22,139 nucleotides of DNA from Burkholderiaceae bacterium (GTDB lineage: Bacteria; Pseudomonadota; Gammaproteobacteria; Burkholderiales; Burkholderiaceae_E). Below the pieces are notes generated by a model, which was given only the letters and a program-made list of their open reading frames with translations, did not search any database and was not told the DNA's origin. This document shows, one piece after another, positions 22,085-22,139 of the stretch (its first letter is position 1; each line of letters begins with the position of its first letter). The stretch is from contig JASGFT010000077.1 of NCBI GenBank assembly GCA_047605425.1, positions 1 to 22,139 on the forward strand. The letters are read 5' to 3'. Both the position numbers and the translations under genes were made by a program.

Positions 22085-22139
22085 ATTCCTTGACTGGAAA
22101 GAATTTGCATGAGTTGAGTCAAGTTTTTCTACGGACAGA

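Noticed and set aside
1-22139. CRISPR arrays, rRNA genes, integrase/recombinase genes, prophage structural genes.
   Set aside because: None was found. There are no regularly spaced direct repeats with unique spacers, no rRNA-like conserved blocks, and no tyrosine- or serine-recombinase motifs in any frame that I could recognise.

Overview
High-GC (roughly 65-70%) proteobacterial chromosomal window, Burkholderiales-like in codon usage. It has two parts. Positions 1-8.8 kb are conserved-looking core: two tandem cyanophycin synthetase paralogs on the minus strand (cphA1 truncated at the window edge; cphA2 with a degenerate ligase P-loop), divergent from a 4-bp-overlapping pair (fused ABC exporter with an unusual N-terminal PH-like domain, plus a DUF1854-like protein). 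Then follow an intact vapBC toxin-antitoxin pair, an XRE-family regulator, a roughly 300-nt promoter-to-terminator unit with no convincing ORF (candidate sRNA), an HNH endonuclease and a tRNA (anticodon CGG, with non-canonical features). Downstream of the tRNA the window becomes a mosaic accessory region with decayed genes and local low-GC patches. It holds an SPFH/band-7 protein, a divergent LysR regulator/MFS transporter pair, and a run of toxin-antitoxin remnants (higB remnant + higA, a DUF4143-ATPase fragment, a truncated vapB-like RHH, a frameshifted vapC). It also holds a low-GC gene for an unrecognised 3-TM coiled-coil membrane protein, a second degraded partial copy of higA and an orphan Liv-type periplasmic binding protein. 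Further along are an IS3-family element whose orfA/orfB frames are arranged +1 rather than -1, a LuxR-type regulator with an internally deleted receiver domain that overlaps a hybrid sensor kinase by 4 bp, and a GMC/cholesterol-oxidase-like gene truncated at one copy of a 16-bp direct repeat. No CRISPR array or rRNA was seen. Many long antisense ORFs in the six-frame track are high-GC artefacts.
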